From the human T2T-CHM13v2.0 reference genome, Homo sapiens: a stretch of DNA of 64,000 nucleotides. A program made the position numbers and the translations under genes. The DNA lies in NCBI RefSeq assembly GCF_009914755.1, contig NC_060926.1, one strand, 5' to 3'. Under the pieces are notes generated by a model. It saw only the letters and a list, made by a program, of their open reading frames with translations. It did not search any database and was not told the DNA's origin. Of this stretch, positions 1 to 14,785 are shown one piece after another; within the stretch, counting starts at the first letter, position 1; every line of letters begins with the position of its first letter.

Positions 1-1688
1 TTCCAGTTGAGCTATGGGACTTGCATAGAGACTTCTAAGAGCCCTGGCTTACAACAGAAAGAGCCTTTGTTTCGCCCATGATTGGGAATTTGGGAGACGG
101 GAGCACAGTTAGGAGAGTGTGCAGATAGTTTATGTGACAGATGATGTGAACCAGAACTGGAACCCTGCTGGGCAGATTCAGGTGATGTTTAAGGCACAGG
201 AGAAGGTGATGTGCAGAGGAGGGGAGAAAGATGGGACGTTGCCTGAGGCTCACCCTTCAGGACAGATGAGGAACATGGAAGAGCTGAGCTGTACAAACAC
301 TCAGTGTAGTGGAGAATGCACCAGATCTATATCCAAGGGCACCAGCGGCTTTCGTTAGCATTCCAGAAGTGGCTAGAACCAGGACTTCTTGTTAGTTTCC
401 TGGATCACAGTACTACGTGATTCTGACTCAGTTCTGAGCCCTTTTGCAGGAGCACATCCTGATATCTTGGCCGCCTGGCATTCCTAAGTGTGGAGGTCTC
501 CCAGCCCTGTTTGGGGCATATCAGGCATAGTGACATTTCCTCCCACCACCCCCTTCCTCCCCACCTTCTCCAGCCACTCAGCTGAGGTTTCCTTCTCTGC
601 CACACTCAGCTAGTAAAATCCCCACCCGATGTTGTGCAATCTCCACCCCAGTTGCCTGCGTGAACTTGTCCTGCTGGCATAAGATTGACTGCTCTTTCCA
701 AATTAGCAGCCCATAAACCAAGGTTTAATAAGATGGGCCGGAACTCTACCCAGTTTCCAAAAATGAAAGTTGCTAAGCTTATTTTGGACAATGGGGTTGG
801 GTTGATTCTGAGAAAATTGTGAAGACCTAAGTGTCATCTTGTGTAGAAGCTCCCTCACCCCTCACTCTAATCACCAACGCCGCCCATTTTTCCTCCAAAG
901 CTTCTCTGAGGTCTATATGTTTCTCTCCATGCTTATGGCCACAGTTGTAGTTTGGACAACCATAGGGGTGTCTTTCTTGCCCTTAATAAGTTAATTTCCC
1001 ATGGGTGCTATATTTTAGCACCCTAGGAAGCAAGAGATGGGGTTCTTATTGGAACAATAGCCCGTTATTGGCATCAAACACAGGGACCTTTCAGCAGCAC
1101 CATAAACTGCACCTTGTTATCAGGCACTTGTTCCATTATGCTCACCACCTTTATATTCAGTTTCTTTTTATGTTTTCAGTTAACCTTGGCCTGAAGAAAG
1201 ATACAGGTGGGTTGTTGCTAGAGCAATGCCATATAGTGTGCCAAAAGGAATAGAGGTGATTGCTGGGATATGCCAAATAACTGCCTTAGGCTCTAGCCTA
1301 TGCACTATGGAGTTGGCATGGGTGGTGGTGTGGGAATCTTTGATTATTTTGAAATATTTGAGGCTGGAAGGAGGAAAATTACCTTACCTTGCGACATCTC
1401 CACCCCTAGAAGTGAGGGGTAGGGTTTTTACACATCCAGAAATAGGAAAGGTCATCGGGGGCTTTTCAGGGGCTTCGCAGGGGCAACTCTTAGGTCCACA
1501 TAACCCTTGAGAGGACAAGTCTGATTTGGGAGGTATGACTGACTCTTATTTGATTCTTATTATTTAGTTACATTTGGGCATATTTAGGAGAGACCAGGTC
1601 TTCTCTCTCCTATTCCACTCATGATTCTGAAAACCCTCTTTTCCCCTTTTTCTGCCCTCTCTCCACCCCCTTTTATACTCCCCTACTT

Positions 1689-3161
1689 CTCATTCCATGG
1701 TGTGTTTTGGTGTTGAGGGCTGTGCCCCGCAATGGGCAGAGCATAGAATGCCGGATGCATAGGGTAGGGAAAGGAGGGAAGGGGCTTACAGGGATCAGGC
1801 TGACTTTGGGATCATAGAATTGACAAAACCAATAACTCAAGACAGGTCAACAAAACTGGCAAATTAACTCTGAAGTGAAAGTGACCAGTGTTAGATGATT
1901 TCCTGAGAGTGATTCTGGCCTGGGAGTGGGAGAGGAAGAGACCAGCCTTGAGACAGTGTTAACCTGAATTGTGTGTGGGAGTTCTGAAGAGGGGCAGTGT
2001 GAAAGGGGGTGGAAAGAGGGCAGGAAAGGGGGAAAGGGAGGGTTTTCAGAGTCATGAGCAGACCAGGAGTGAGAAGCTATGGTTGTAGCTTTTTCTGCCT
2101 CCTATAAAAGGAATTCTAGGAGTCAGTGGGTGGAAGAAGGGGTATTTGGGAGAGCAAGGAGCTCCCTCTTGCTGTCCCCAACTTCACGGCTGTGGGAACT
2201 CACCCAGATCCTCTGCATTGGTTATGTGCTGGATTCCACCCCCAGATGCCCCCATTACCTCACTAGAATGAAGGTGAGCAAAGTTGCTGTTTGGTGAGAC
2301 TAGTGCAGGTCTTTCTGGTCTCCTTAGACACAAAAATGTGAACTTTAAAATCTCCTTGCCAAGTTTCTACCAGGATGGACACTGCCTGGCTACAAAGCTA
2401 ACACACTTCTCACCCCTATGTGTCTGTGAGAAATGCACTTACAGACATGCCACATTACAAGCATCAATGCCCCCAGGGAAGGGCTGGCAGAACCATCTGA
2501 GTCTTGGGTAATCCCTAGTGCATCAGCCGTTGAACCCAGAAGCCACCTGGCTCCTGACTTACTCTTAGCCCTTGATTAAAAAAAAAAAAAAAAAAAGAAT
2601 CATTTAAGGGTGCTCTATTGGGTTAGAGGAACAGCAAACTCAGAAAAAATAATGCTACAAATTTAGACCATAAAATAGACATCTGAGTTAGCCCTAGTAC
2701 AATGGGGTGCTCACATTAAAATAAAAATTTATAGAAATAATTGTTTAAGTTCCATGGTGTTAAGTGCTAAAAAGGAAACTCAACACTATGAAAACTTAGA
2801 ACAGGGGCTTTTCACATGGTCTTGTGTATTTAGGGAGGTCCCCAAGAAAATGACATTTAAGCTGAGACCCAATAAACAAGAATGAGAGTTAGCAAGGCCC
2901 AGCAGTGGGCATGGCTTGTCAGGATTATTTTTGGTGAAATGAACTGGGAAGCTTTCTGTAAGTTTCAGTGTTGTAAGATGATTTATATAGCTAATTTTGC
3001 TCTTTTATTATAACTTTGAAGTATCCATGGTGTAGCTGTATTTATAATCCCTTTCTCTTTTCTAATGATGGATGCTTTTGCTGTCTAAATTTCTCCTGAT
3101 TAAACTGTCTAGGTGTCTTTTTTATTGTTGTTGTTTCTCTTCAAAAGTTCAAAAGATCCAA

Positions 3162-3197
<36 letters not shown>

Positions 3198-3687
3198 TTG
3201 AGACCAAGGCTAGAGTGCAGTGGTTTCACCCAGGCTAGAGTTCAGTGGTGTGATCTTGGCTCACTGCAACCTCTGCCTCCTGGATTCAAGTTATTCTCCT
3301 GCCTCAGCCTCCTGAGTAGCTGGGATTAAAGGCACCTGCCACCACGCCCAGCCAATTTTTGTATTTTTAGTAGAGATGGGGTTTTGTCCTGTTGGCTAGG
3401 CTGGTCTCGAACTCCTGACCTCAAGTTCTCCACCCGCCTTGGCCTCCCGAAGTGCTGGGACTACAGACATAAGCCACTGTTCCCAGCCAGGATCCAGTTT
3501 CTTGAATTATCCTTTACACTGTTTCTTCCCTTTCAAACTCTGTTTTCTTCACTCATTCCATTGGTGTGTTTTGGTGTTGAGGACTGTGCCCTAGAGTGGG
3601 CAGAGTATAGAATGCTGGAGGCATAGGGTAGTGAAAGGAGGGGAGAGGCTTACAAGGATCAGTGTGACTTTAGGATAATAGAATTGA
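1689..3687. repeat. Old ~135-bp dispersed duplication (1689-1823 and 3552-3687)
   Basis: Both copies read cattcca..ggtgtgttttggtgttgagg.ctgtgccc...gggcagag.atagaatgc...gcatagggtag...gcttaca.ggatcag..tgacttt.ggat.atagaattga. Confidence 0.85.
3166..3488 (-). mobile_element. Alu (AluS-like)
   Basis: Poly-T then antisense Alu body; degenerate TSD aagatccaatttctt / aggatccagtttctt. Confidence 0.95.
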
Positions 3688-4513
3688 AGGGATTTGGAAG
3701 ACTGATTGGATGGGGGTGAAGGAGAGGTCCCAATCAAACAGGAGTCCCAGGATGCTGATAGAGACAAATGGGTGGATTGCAGTGTAGGGACTTTAGGAAG
3801 ATGCAACTTTTGGACTTTGGGAGAATTCTGCTCCTGCAAATTGTCAGCTGACTGTCTTTCTGCCACTTTCTCGGGAACTTCTCATAACATATTTTGACAA
3901 AAGTACTTTTTCTAGCCTGGCTTTGCCTTGGGTATTTTTGGGCAGTGACTCAGCAGGGAAGGATTTTCCAGAATCCCCATGTTAAATGAATGGTTCCTAC
4001 CCCAGATTTCCTGAGGGCAGCCATGGAGCATAGAGTGGGCTCTGTGCCAGCCCGTGTTCTCCTATTGAGGTAGAGTTCACAGGCTGCAAAGGGGAAGCCT
4101 TTTCAGAAGACAGCTACAACAACTGGCTGTCAAAACCAAAGTAAAATGCACACAAAGCACCAAGACAGAGCTTTACAATCAAGCCCCAGTATTCTTGCTT
4201 CTGTTGCCTCACATGCCTCCCTTCTCCTCCTCTTGTCCAGATCCACCCCTCCCTTCCCTCCTAGGACCAGGAGACATGTTCTCCAGCCTATTCTATATTT
4301 CTCATCACTGAAATCAAGGAGATTCCAAGGTTATTCTGGACCTCTTGCCACATCACAGCTTTTCACGATGCTACCAGGGCTGCTACCTAAGAATGCCAGG
4401 TTTTATCAATATGAAATAAACAAACATTTCTTCAATAATCAGCTTCAGGAATATGGTAGTGAATCTTATTTTCCCTTGTAGTGTTGCAGAATCAATGCAA
4501 TCGCCTTGTAAGC

Positions 4514-4828
4514 CAGGGGTCAACAAACTTTTCTTAATGGGCCACATATTAAATATTTAGGCTTTGCAGTCCAGATGGTCTTTATTGCAACTATAATACT
4601 CTGCTCAGTACATAAATGAACAAGTGTGGTGGTGTTCTTCTATAATTTTACTTACAGATGCTGACATCTGAATTTCCTGTAATTTTTACATCACGACACA
4701 CTCTTCTTCTTGTGAGTGTTTTTTCCCCCAGCTATTTAAAAATGTAAAAATAATTCTTAGCTCCCAGGCTGTACAAATAGAGGCAGTGGGACAGATTTGG
4801 CTCCTGGCCCGTGGCTTGCCAAGCCCTC
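4514..4828. mobile_element. MER58B-like hAT-Charlie DNA transposon
   Basis: Starts CAGGGGTCAACAAAC, ends ...GGCTTGCCAAGCCCTC; internal 'gggccacatattaaatatttaggctttgc' resembles MER58. Confidence 0.7.
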
Positions 4829-5734
4829 CTGTAAATGGAGAAGCTGAACTGAACAGCCGTGCCTCTTTCAGTCAATCAGGCCCACGGGGAGGCGTCCTCT
4901 CCTCATGCTCCAGGCTGACACACATGCTGCCTGCCTCATGCCCTAACTCCTCACCGCCTTTCAGAGTTCATCTGAGGTACTCTTTCATCTGACAAGTCAC
5001 CTATGTGTTCCCATCTCTGCCTTGGGTGTTCTTTTTCCATACTTCCATAGGATCCTGGGTCCTGGGCTTCCCATATCATGGCATTAGCCGCACAGTATTG
5101 TAAGGACATTTTAATACTTGAGTCCCCAGAGTTCTGTGGCTCGATGGGGCCAGGGCTCCATCCCTGGATTGGATGGCTACTGATGTCCCTTGGATTGGCT
5201 ACTGAAATCCCAGTGCTTGACAAGTATCTTGCAGTATCTTGCACCTAATAGGTTTTCTCGATGCTTATTGATTGAGTGAATTATTGAGTAAATACGTGAG
5301 TGAACCTCAGAACTATTTTAAGCACTCTGGAAGATTAAAGAGAAGAATGGACCAAGGATATAAAGGAGTTAACACAAGCAATATTAGAGACTAATTAGAC
5401 AATGCTAATTGTGAGGCACTAAATGACTTGAAGAAAGAAGAAAGCAATAAAGACGAAAATCATTAAGGAACGTTTAGTAAAAATGTAGACCTTGAACTTA
5501 CCTTTGAGGTAGTTGGGTGGAAGAGACAGAGGAACATTTATTCAAGAATGTTGTTCCAGAAGGGCGAATTAACAAAAATGTTTTGGTCTGATTCTTCTTT
5601 ATCAGACTACTCCTCTGCAAAATTTCCCTTTGTAATTTATGGTTCTATTCACTGAATCATCAGAATGGAAGAGAGGAACATCCTAAAGTTTTTCTTTCAA
5701 AGAGTTTCACAGAGCGTTGCTTATTTTCTTCCAG

Positions 5735-5867
5735 AGACACAGATGTGCACACTGTGGCTTCCCTGTTAAAGCTCTACCTCCGAGACCTCCCAGAGCCCGT
5801 GGTTCCCTGGAGCCAGTACGAAGGGTTCCTGCTCTGTGGGCAGCTCACGAATGCGGATGAGGCAAAG
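5735..5867 (+). CDS. ARHGAP25: ARHGAP25 coding exon (RhoGAP domain; probably exon 6)
   Basis: Acceptor ttttcttccag|A and donor AAG|gtttgc. 133 nt = 1 nt + 44 codons: [44 protein letters not shown], containing the RhoGAP signature '[18 protein letters not shown]'. Upstream exons lie outside the window. Confidence 0.96.
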
Positions 5868-6717
5868 GTTTGCATCTTAGAGTTAGTTGTCCTGCCTTAG
5901 AAGAAAGTGATTGGTTTTCTGGACACTAATCCAGTAGGCAACAGTGGGTCAAGGGGCCTGTACTTTTTGGTAAGATAGTCAAATGCAACTTCCTCAGCAA
6001 CAAAAGGTATATGAACTCAATCATAATGACTGGCAAACCACAGCCTTCATGAGATGCAATAATCCAATAAAGAATTGGACCATAATCAAATACTGCTAGA
6101 TCACATTAAAAGTAGTGAGAAAAGGAGGATACATCGGAGGACGGTTTCAAGCATGATGGCCTTGCTGAGACTTGCTGGGACACAAGGACAGGCTGGAAGG
6201 CAGGTGTGAGGTCACATAGCTCAAGCTCTACAGCAGCTGTGAGTGTCAGGCGTGGTCATCCAAGGAATGCATGTGCCAGGGAGAAGAAGGACAGGGAGGG
6301 TTTTTTGATTGTTTTTCTTTTCAGCCACAGCTGCCTGTAGGGTCTGTAACCACCATCTGCAATATGCTTGTGAGAGTGCACAAGTTCACTAACAAGATTT
6401 TTGATCCTGTATAAATTTATTTCTAGAGAGGCCTTATAGTCAACAATGACCACACTGTAGTCATGTTATTATAATCAACCAACCAACCAAACAACCAAAG
6501 AAACTGATGAAACCCAACCAACAACAATAAACCTTGATGATTTTTAAACAAGATTTTCAAATCCAAGTGATCCATGAAGAAGTTGATGTTTATATCGACT
6601 ATGTTAAAAGCCCTCTCTGGCAAAATGGTGCACAGAAAAATCTATAATGAGACCTAGATTTAACCTTGATTTTGCCATTAGACAAATTATGCATCTTTTA
6701 TAAGACTCAGTTTATTT

Positions 6718-6925
6718 ACTTAGACCAATAGAACTTTCTATGGTAATGGAACTTTTATATATCTGCACCGTTCAATATGGTGACCACCAGCCACACATGG
6801 CTATTGGGCATCTAAAATGTGGCTAGTGCACCTGGGAAGCCAAATTCCTAATTTTATTTAATTTTGATTTAGTTAAATTTAAGTAGTTACATGTGGCAAG
6901 TAACTGCTATATTAGACACCACAAA
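6718..6925. mobile_element. MER3 (hAT-Charlie)
   Basis: ccaatagaactttct...caatatggtgaccaccagccacacatggctattg...aaatgtggctagtg...tattagacacc, as in the MER3 consensus. Confidence 0.8.
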
Positions 6926-7713
6926 CTTAGATAATTTTCATAGTAATATCAGCCATGCCTAGGATTGTTTTGAGGACCCAGGGATATGATACTGGTGGGT
7001 GACTTTAAAATTTTTTTCAATATAAGGGAAGGTTTATTATCTTCCACACTTCAAAATTTATTAGATAGTCTGCTTCATAGAATATATTTATTTAAAACGA
7101 ATGAAGAAATAGCACCCTAGCCCTGCAAGAAAACACAGCTGTGAGAACTTCCATCCCTGACTAAGGGTGGGGAGAGCATCATGATTTGAATAGATCCTGA
7201 CATAAGAGAAAAGCTGACTTTATATTTCAAAATTAAGAAAGGAAGAGAACATGATACAGGTTTTGTAGCTCTTTTCCAAACAAAAATTAGATTGCATGGA
7301 TCTGAGGTACGATATTTTGTGCGTAACTTAAGAATTTTATTGGGGGAGGGAGAAAGGGATATGAAAAGTCTTAACTTATACTGGTATATCTGCTCACCAT
7401 TGTGAAAGTAATAAAATTTTATGGAATAAGGTTTAAAAGGCAGCTAAAAAGATAAACATTTCAGATCGCATCTCACCCCTGGGTTCTGGGGAAAGTAAAG
7501 GAGGCAGCTAGATGCTGTTCTGACAATAAGATTCCCACCCCTGCACTCACTTTAGACTTGCTTCTCCCAGCTTTCTTAATCTCAGCATCTTTGAGAGTTT
7601 CCACATCTGTGGCAATGCATGTCTACACACAGGGACCAAGGTCCTTCTCACTGGTGAAAACATGGCAGAGGTGGCAGCTAGGAGGGGTGAGTCTGTAGCA
7701 ACCTTTGCAATGA

Positions 7714-8130
<417 letters not shown>

Positions 8131-8734
8131 TGAAAAGAACACGGAAAAGCTCGCTGTCCCTCTTCTCTCCAGCACATGCATTCCTAGTAGACCTTGCCTG
8201 ACATCCACGGCCATCCATTGCAGAGCTTGAACAGTCTGACCTTGCACCGTCCTCCAGCGTGGTCTGCCTGTCTCTGTGTCCCGGCATGTCTCAGATAGGC
8301 CACAGTGCTTGAAATCCTTCTCAGAAGAATCCTCCTTTTCTCACCAGTCTTAAAGTGATTCTGAGATATCTTATTGTGGTCTTATTCTTTATTGGATTGT
8401 TACCTCTCAAGCATTCATTCAGCAAACAATTAACGTATGAGTTGTTAAACAGTCCTTCCTTAGAGTAGCTCAGGGTCAAGGGTGGGGTGCAGTGGCATAA
8501 TTACATATAAATAAAAGTATACATAACAAAAACTATGACCCTTTTAAAAAAAATTCTGTGAGAATTGAGTTATTTCCCTTTTTTTTTTTAAACCCACAGA
8601 ACTACAGGAACAGGAATGACTGCCAAAGTGTTGTTTCTGCACAGATACACCAATTCTGTCCCAGGGTCTCCTTGCTGGCACATGGGCAGGCTCATTTACT
8701 GGTAAATGATTTACTTGTGTAAATCTCTTCCCAG

Positions 8735-8808
8735 GCTCAGCAGGAGTTGATGAAGCAGCTCTCCATCCTTCCTCGTGACAACTATAGTCTCCTGAGCTAC
8801 ATCTGCAG
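8735..8808 (+). CDS. ARHGAP25: ARHGAP25 coding exon (RhoGAP domain)
   Basis: tctcttcccag|GCT ... TGCAG|gtgaga; 74 nt, AQQELMKQLSILPRDNYSLLSYIC(R); phases 0/2 join the neighbouring exons. Confidence 0.96.
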
Positions 8809-10318
8809 GTGAGAGGCCCCTGGTATCAACTCTGCAGTTTTCAACCCCATCACAAAGAAGCTCCTAGTTAGAAGAGGAGGGACCACGTCTGTGAACAGAG
8901 AGATTCTGGTCTAGCACTTTGGAAGATCAGCTGTATTCACATAGCACTGAAGTAGCTTCCTGTATAATTTCAAGGATTCTGAAAACCTGGTTGACCCAAA
9001 AAATGAACGTGCTCCCCCATTTAGGCCTGCCTCAGCACTGCCCAGAGTCCTGGTACATGCAAGAGAACCCAGAATCCTTATAATGTTTCTAGAATGATCT
9101 CCCATCTTTGTGATTCTGAGCCGTAGCTTAGCTCCAGGGAGACATTCATTCTGGGCCACCCTGGTTATTTTCCTTCAGCCCTTTCTGGGGACCTGCTGTG
9201 CGCCACCCCTGTGGCAACTCTAGCTGTGGATTGACCCAGATCTGGCTCGGCTGGGAACTGGGATCTTCATCCCAGACTGACCTGAATTTTGTCTTTTATT
9301 TTTTAAAAATAATTTGTTGTAGTTCCTAGATTATAAAAGTCATGCTTGCTTGACTTGGAAACCAGGAAGATATAGCAAACAGTAAATGAGAAATAAAAAG
9401 GACCCACAATCCCTTCACCAGCAACAAGCACTATTAACACTTTGGCATTTTTCCTTCTGGGTGTTTTCTCTCTGTGATAAATCTTTACATACCTTAATGT
9501 AAATATAGGGGAATAATATTTTATACTAAATCAAAATTATATAAAGGATTGTGTCCTTTTTTTTGGTTTAATGTTTTATTATGAGCATTTCCCTATGTCA
9601 TAAAATTGGATTATAAATAACTTCATAATATTTCATAATGTTTCATCATTTGGACACGTCACCAATATTTAATAATTGCTCTGTATTTGAAATTGTGTTG
9701 CTTCATTCTATCCATTTTTAAATGGTTCTTTGAGAGAGTATTTAGAAATTCCCTGTTTTTACAGTGAATCTGAGAGCTTTGTGCCTCAAAGGGGTAGAAT
9801 TTTAACAAAAATTCAGTATTAGTTATGGAGAACCTGCTGAGTATTAGCAATGCTTGTGCTCTAATCAGAGGATGAGAGCAAGGAGGCACCATGGATTCCC
9901 CAGGCCTGAGATCTTCTTACCAATAAAGTTTTCCTCTCTGGAGACTTGGGTGGGATGAGTGCTGAGAGCTGGGAGATAAGCCTATCAAGGCAGACATGGG
10001 TATGGGCAGATACCCATTTTACCTTTTCTAGTCCAGTCTGAGCTCCTGGAAGTGGATCTTGCCTCCTGCTTATGTGATTCCATTCACCTCCCCATCCCCC
10101 ACCCCAGCAGCTGGGCAGGACCCTCCTGATTTCTCTTCCTTCCTTGGTCTTGGGTCTTTCAGGATGAGGCTAAATTCTTGTGGGCAGAGCAGGCTGGTCT
10201 CATTCCTGAGTCTGGGAGGAAAGCATTGGATCCATCCCTGAGTTCTCATTGGAACCCTGTAGTGCTTCCTCCTGGCTACTTCCTGCTTTCTACCATGGGA
10301 TTTCTTGGCTGTCTGTAG

Positions 10319-10440
10319 GTTCCTACATGAAATACAGCTGAACTGTGCTGTTAACAAGATGAGTGTGGACAACCTGGCTACTGTGATTGGTGTGAATCTC
10401 ATCAGGTCGAAGGTCGAAGACCCTGCCGTGATCATGAGAG
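10319..10440 (+). CDS. ARHGAP25: ARHGAP25 coding exon (RhoGAP domain, NKM..NLA motif)
   Basis: ctgtag|G ... AGAG|gtatgg; 122 nt, FLHEIQLNCAVNKMSVDNLATVIGVNLIRSKVEDPAVIMR; lies within ORF 10305..10541. Confidence 0.97.
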
Positions 10441-10723
10441 GTATGGCTGGTCCCGTAGTGAAAGCAGGTACCCAGGAAATAACAATTACAACATTCCCCC
10501 TGATATTTGTGCACTGCTCTGTAGTTTCCCAAGCATTTTAAGCTGGTTATCAATCTCATCTGAATCATGCAATAGCCTTGTGAGGTAGGCAGGGCAGGAA
10601 TTGTGTCCATTTTTCAGATCACAACAAAGGACAGAGGTCAAGGGTTTGCCCAATGGTCCCACAGTGCAGTAGACTAGTACAATAATAGCTAGCTAGTGTT
10701 TGTCAGTCTTTTATTACTTTTAA

Positions 10724-11086
<363 letters not shown>

Positions 11087-11568
11087 TAAGCCAGCCCACA
11101 AAAAGGCTGCTTAAAAAGCTGTGCTGTGCAGGCTTCTGAGGCTGTGTCCTGACACAGAGTACTGATATCTGCCATGGGCATGGGGGCAGAAAGCCTGGCA
11201 CATATTTGCTCTGTGTCTGATAAGAAACCAGATATCATATTGAGGACCACATCAGGAGAGAAAGATGTCTTCATTTTCTCTGCTGTTTTATTGCCTACTT
11301 TCCTGATCAAAAACTAATCCAGTGGACTATTGGCTCCCTCTGAAACAGCTCCCTCTTTTATTCTACTCCCGTGTCCTTCTGTTCCATCCCTTTCAACATA
11401 ATCTCCAACTCCAAGCAATTAAAAAGGGTCTTTTGAGAAGCAAAATGAGGCCCTTCTGGGCCCTATAGTTTTAGAACCGAGTTTGGAGACATCCACGGGT
11501 GGGGATCCTTGAGGACTGACTACCTGCCTCCTACACTACACAACAGATCTTTTTCTTCTGTCTTTCAG

Positions 11569-11765
11569 GGACTCCTCAGATCCAAAGAGTGATGACTATG
11601 ATGATCAGAGACCATGAAGTCCTCTTCCCCAAGTCCAAGGATATACCCCTGTCACCCCCTGCCCAGAAAAATGACCCCAAGAAAGCTCCAGTGGCCCGAA
11701 GCTCTGTAGGCTGGGATGCCACTGAAGACCTCCGAATTTCTAGGACAGACAGCTTCAGTAGCATG
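11569..11765 (+). CDS. ARHGAP25: ARHGAP25 coding exon (end of GAP domain, start of linker)
   Basis: tctttcag|GG ... ATG|gtaagg; 197 nt, (G)TPQIQRVMTMMIRDHEVLFPKSKDIPLSPPAQKNDPKKAPVARSSVGWDATEDLRISRTDSFSSM. Confidence 0.96.
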
Positions 11766-13004
11766 GTAAGGTGCAGAGAACCTTCCTGCTTCCATTGGGT
11801 TCTTCCTTTAGTCCAGGCCATCCCATGTAAGGCCTGCTCTCGGGTGGCAATTTGGGGAGTTTTAGGTGATGCAGTGGCAGTGGGCGCTGCTGCTACAGAC
11901 TCATCTGAACACACCTTGAAAGCCTGGCCTCTTTCCAAATCTAGTTTCTATTGGCATCTTTGAGGGGGGTGAGTGACAAGTGTGCCAATCACCCAGTGAC
12001 TGAGCAATGAGGTCCTCACTGAAGCCCACTCTGAAAGAGAGACTCAAATACAGTCCAGAGAAGTTCAGTGGGAAAAATGTATACAACATTGTAAATGTTT
12101 TGGTCAGAATTGTTGAAAATTCTGGGTGAACGTCCAGAGAAAACTGGTTTCCTGCTAACCCATGAAACGTGATTCCTTTCTCAGAGTATGTGATGTGTTT
12201 GTGTAATATTTCTCATTCCTCGATAAGCCGTCTCAGCCATGTCAGCCCCCACATTTGTGCTGAAGGGTTGAAACTCACGTTCCCAATGTCCAAAAGCTCT
12301 GCTGACTCTGAAATGTAGACCTCGTGAGGACAATAATTTACAAAGGTCAAATATTTTTATATATTTATAGGAACAAATATTTTTACAAAGAACATGTGAA
12401 CTTTATATAGTAGCTTGATCTTTATGTGTGGCCAAAAAATGGATTTCAAATTTCTAGTTGACCAGATGATTCAAGTTACCTACAGTACTGTTAGCCCTGA
12501 AGATTGTTTTTAAAAGGCAGGTAGTGGGTAGTGGTTGTAGTTTTTCTTAGGATAGGTCTTTCTGAAGGCAATGCATTCTACTAACACTCTAAAACTAAAA
12601 TAAAATTTAAAAATGCTCATACTTCATGTAACAAGATCATCCCACAGTCCTTGAGAATAGCTATTATTTTACTCATTTAATAGGTTTCTGCCATTTACTG
12701 ATTTCTGTGGGCAGGCACTATGCTGGGAAATTTACACTGATCACCTCTAGAGTCCTCATATTACATAACATTGTAGGGCAGAATTTATCATTCGTATTGT
12801 GTTATTGAGGAGCAGAAACTCAGAGAGGTTGAGCAGCTGGCCCAATGTAGTAGCACTAGCTTGTTATAGAGGAGGACTCAGATCCAGTCCTCCCTTCAGA
12901 ACCCAGGTACCTCTAACTCCGGGTGGGGTTTCTGAAGCAAGCAATTGGCTGCAAAGGTTAAAGGGAGGGCTCGAACCTGATTGTCTGATTTTATGTTTAG
13001 GTCT

Positions 13005-13037
13005 CACTTGATCTTAGCCAAAAGGCCGAGAAGTGAT
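13005..13037 (-). pseudogene. 3'-truncated U2 snRNA retropseudogene (U2 nt 1-33)
   Basis: Reverse complement ATCACTTCTCGGCCTTTTGGCTAAGATCAAGTG versus the U2 5' end AUCGCUUCUCGGCCUUUUGGCUAAGAUCAAGUG (1 mismatch). Flanked by 21-bp direct repeats at 12986-13006 and 13038-13058. Confidence 0.9.
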
Positions 13038-13069
13038 TGATTTTGTGTTTAGGTCTCATATTCTCTCTC

Positions 13070-14520
<1,451 letters not shown>

Positions 14521-14785
14521 TACATAAGGATCCTACTTTAGGACTCTTTAACCACAAACAAACACTTGATTTTGGTGAGACTTCATCTCTAGAACATGGT
14601 TCCTTTACTGCAATATCCTTTTGGAAAAAAATGCTAATGCAGATAATCAAGTAATGTGATACATTAAGAATTTCATAGGTATGCTACCAGGAAACTTTTG
14701 TTTTGGGGTCTCTAATCCATACCTTGGGAGCATGACACACAGAGGTGAAAACCCCATGTGACATCCATGGCCATTTCTTTTCTAG

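Noticed and set aside
2018-2042. G-quadruplex pattern (four G3+ runs)
   Set aside because: Common in purine-rich intronic DNA; no context suggesting function
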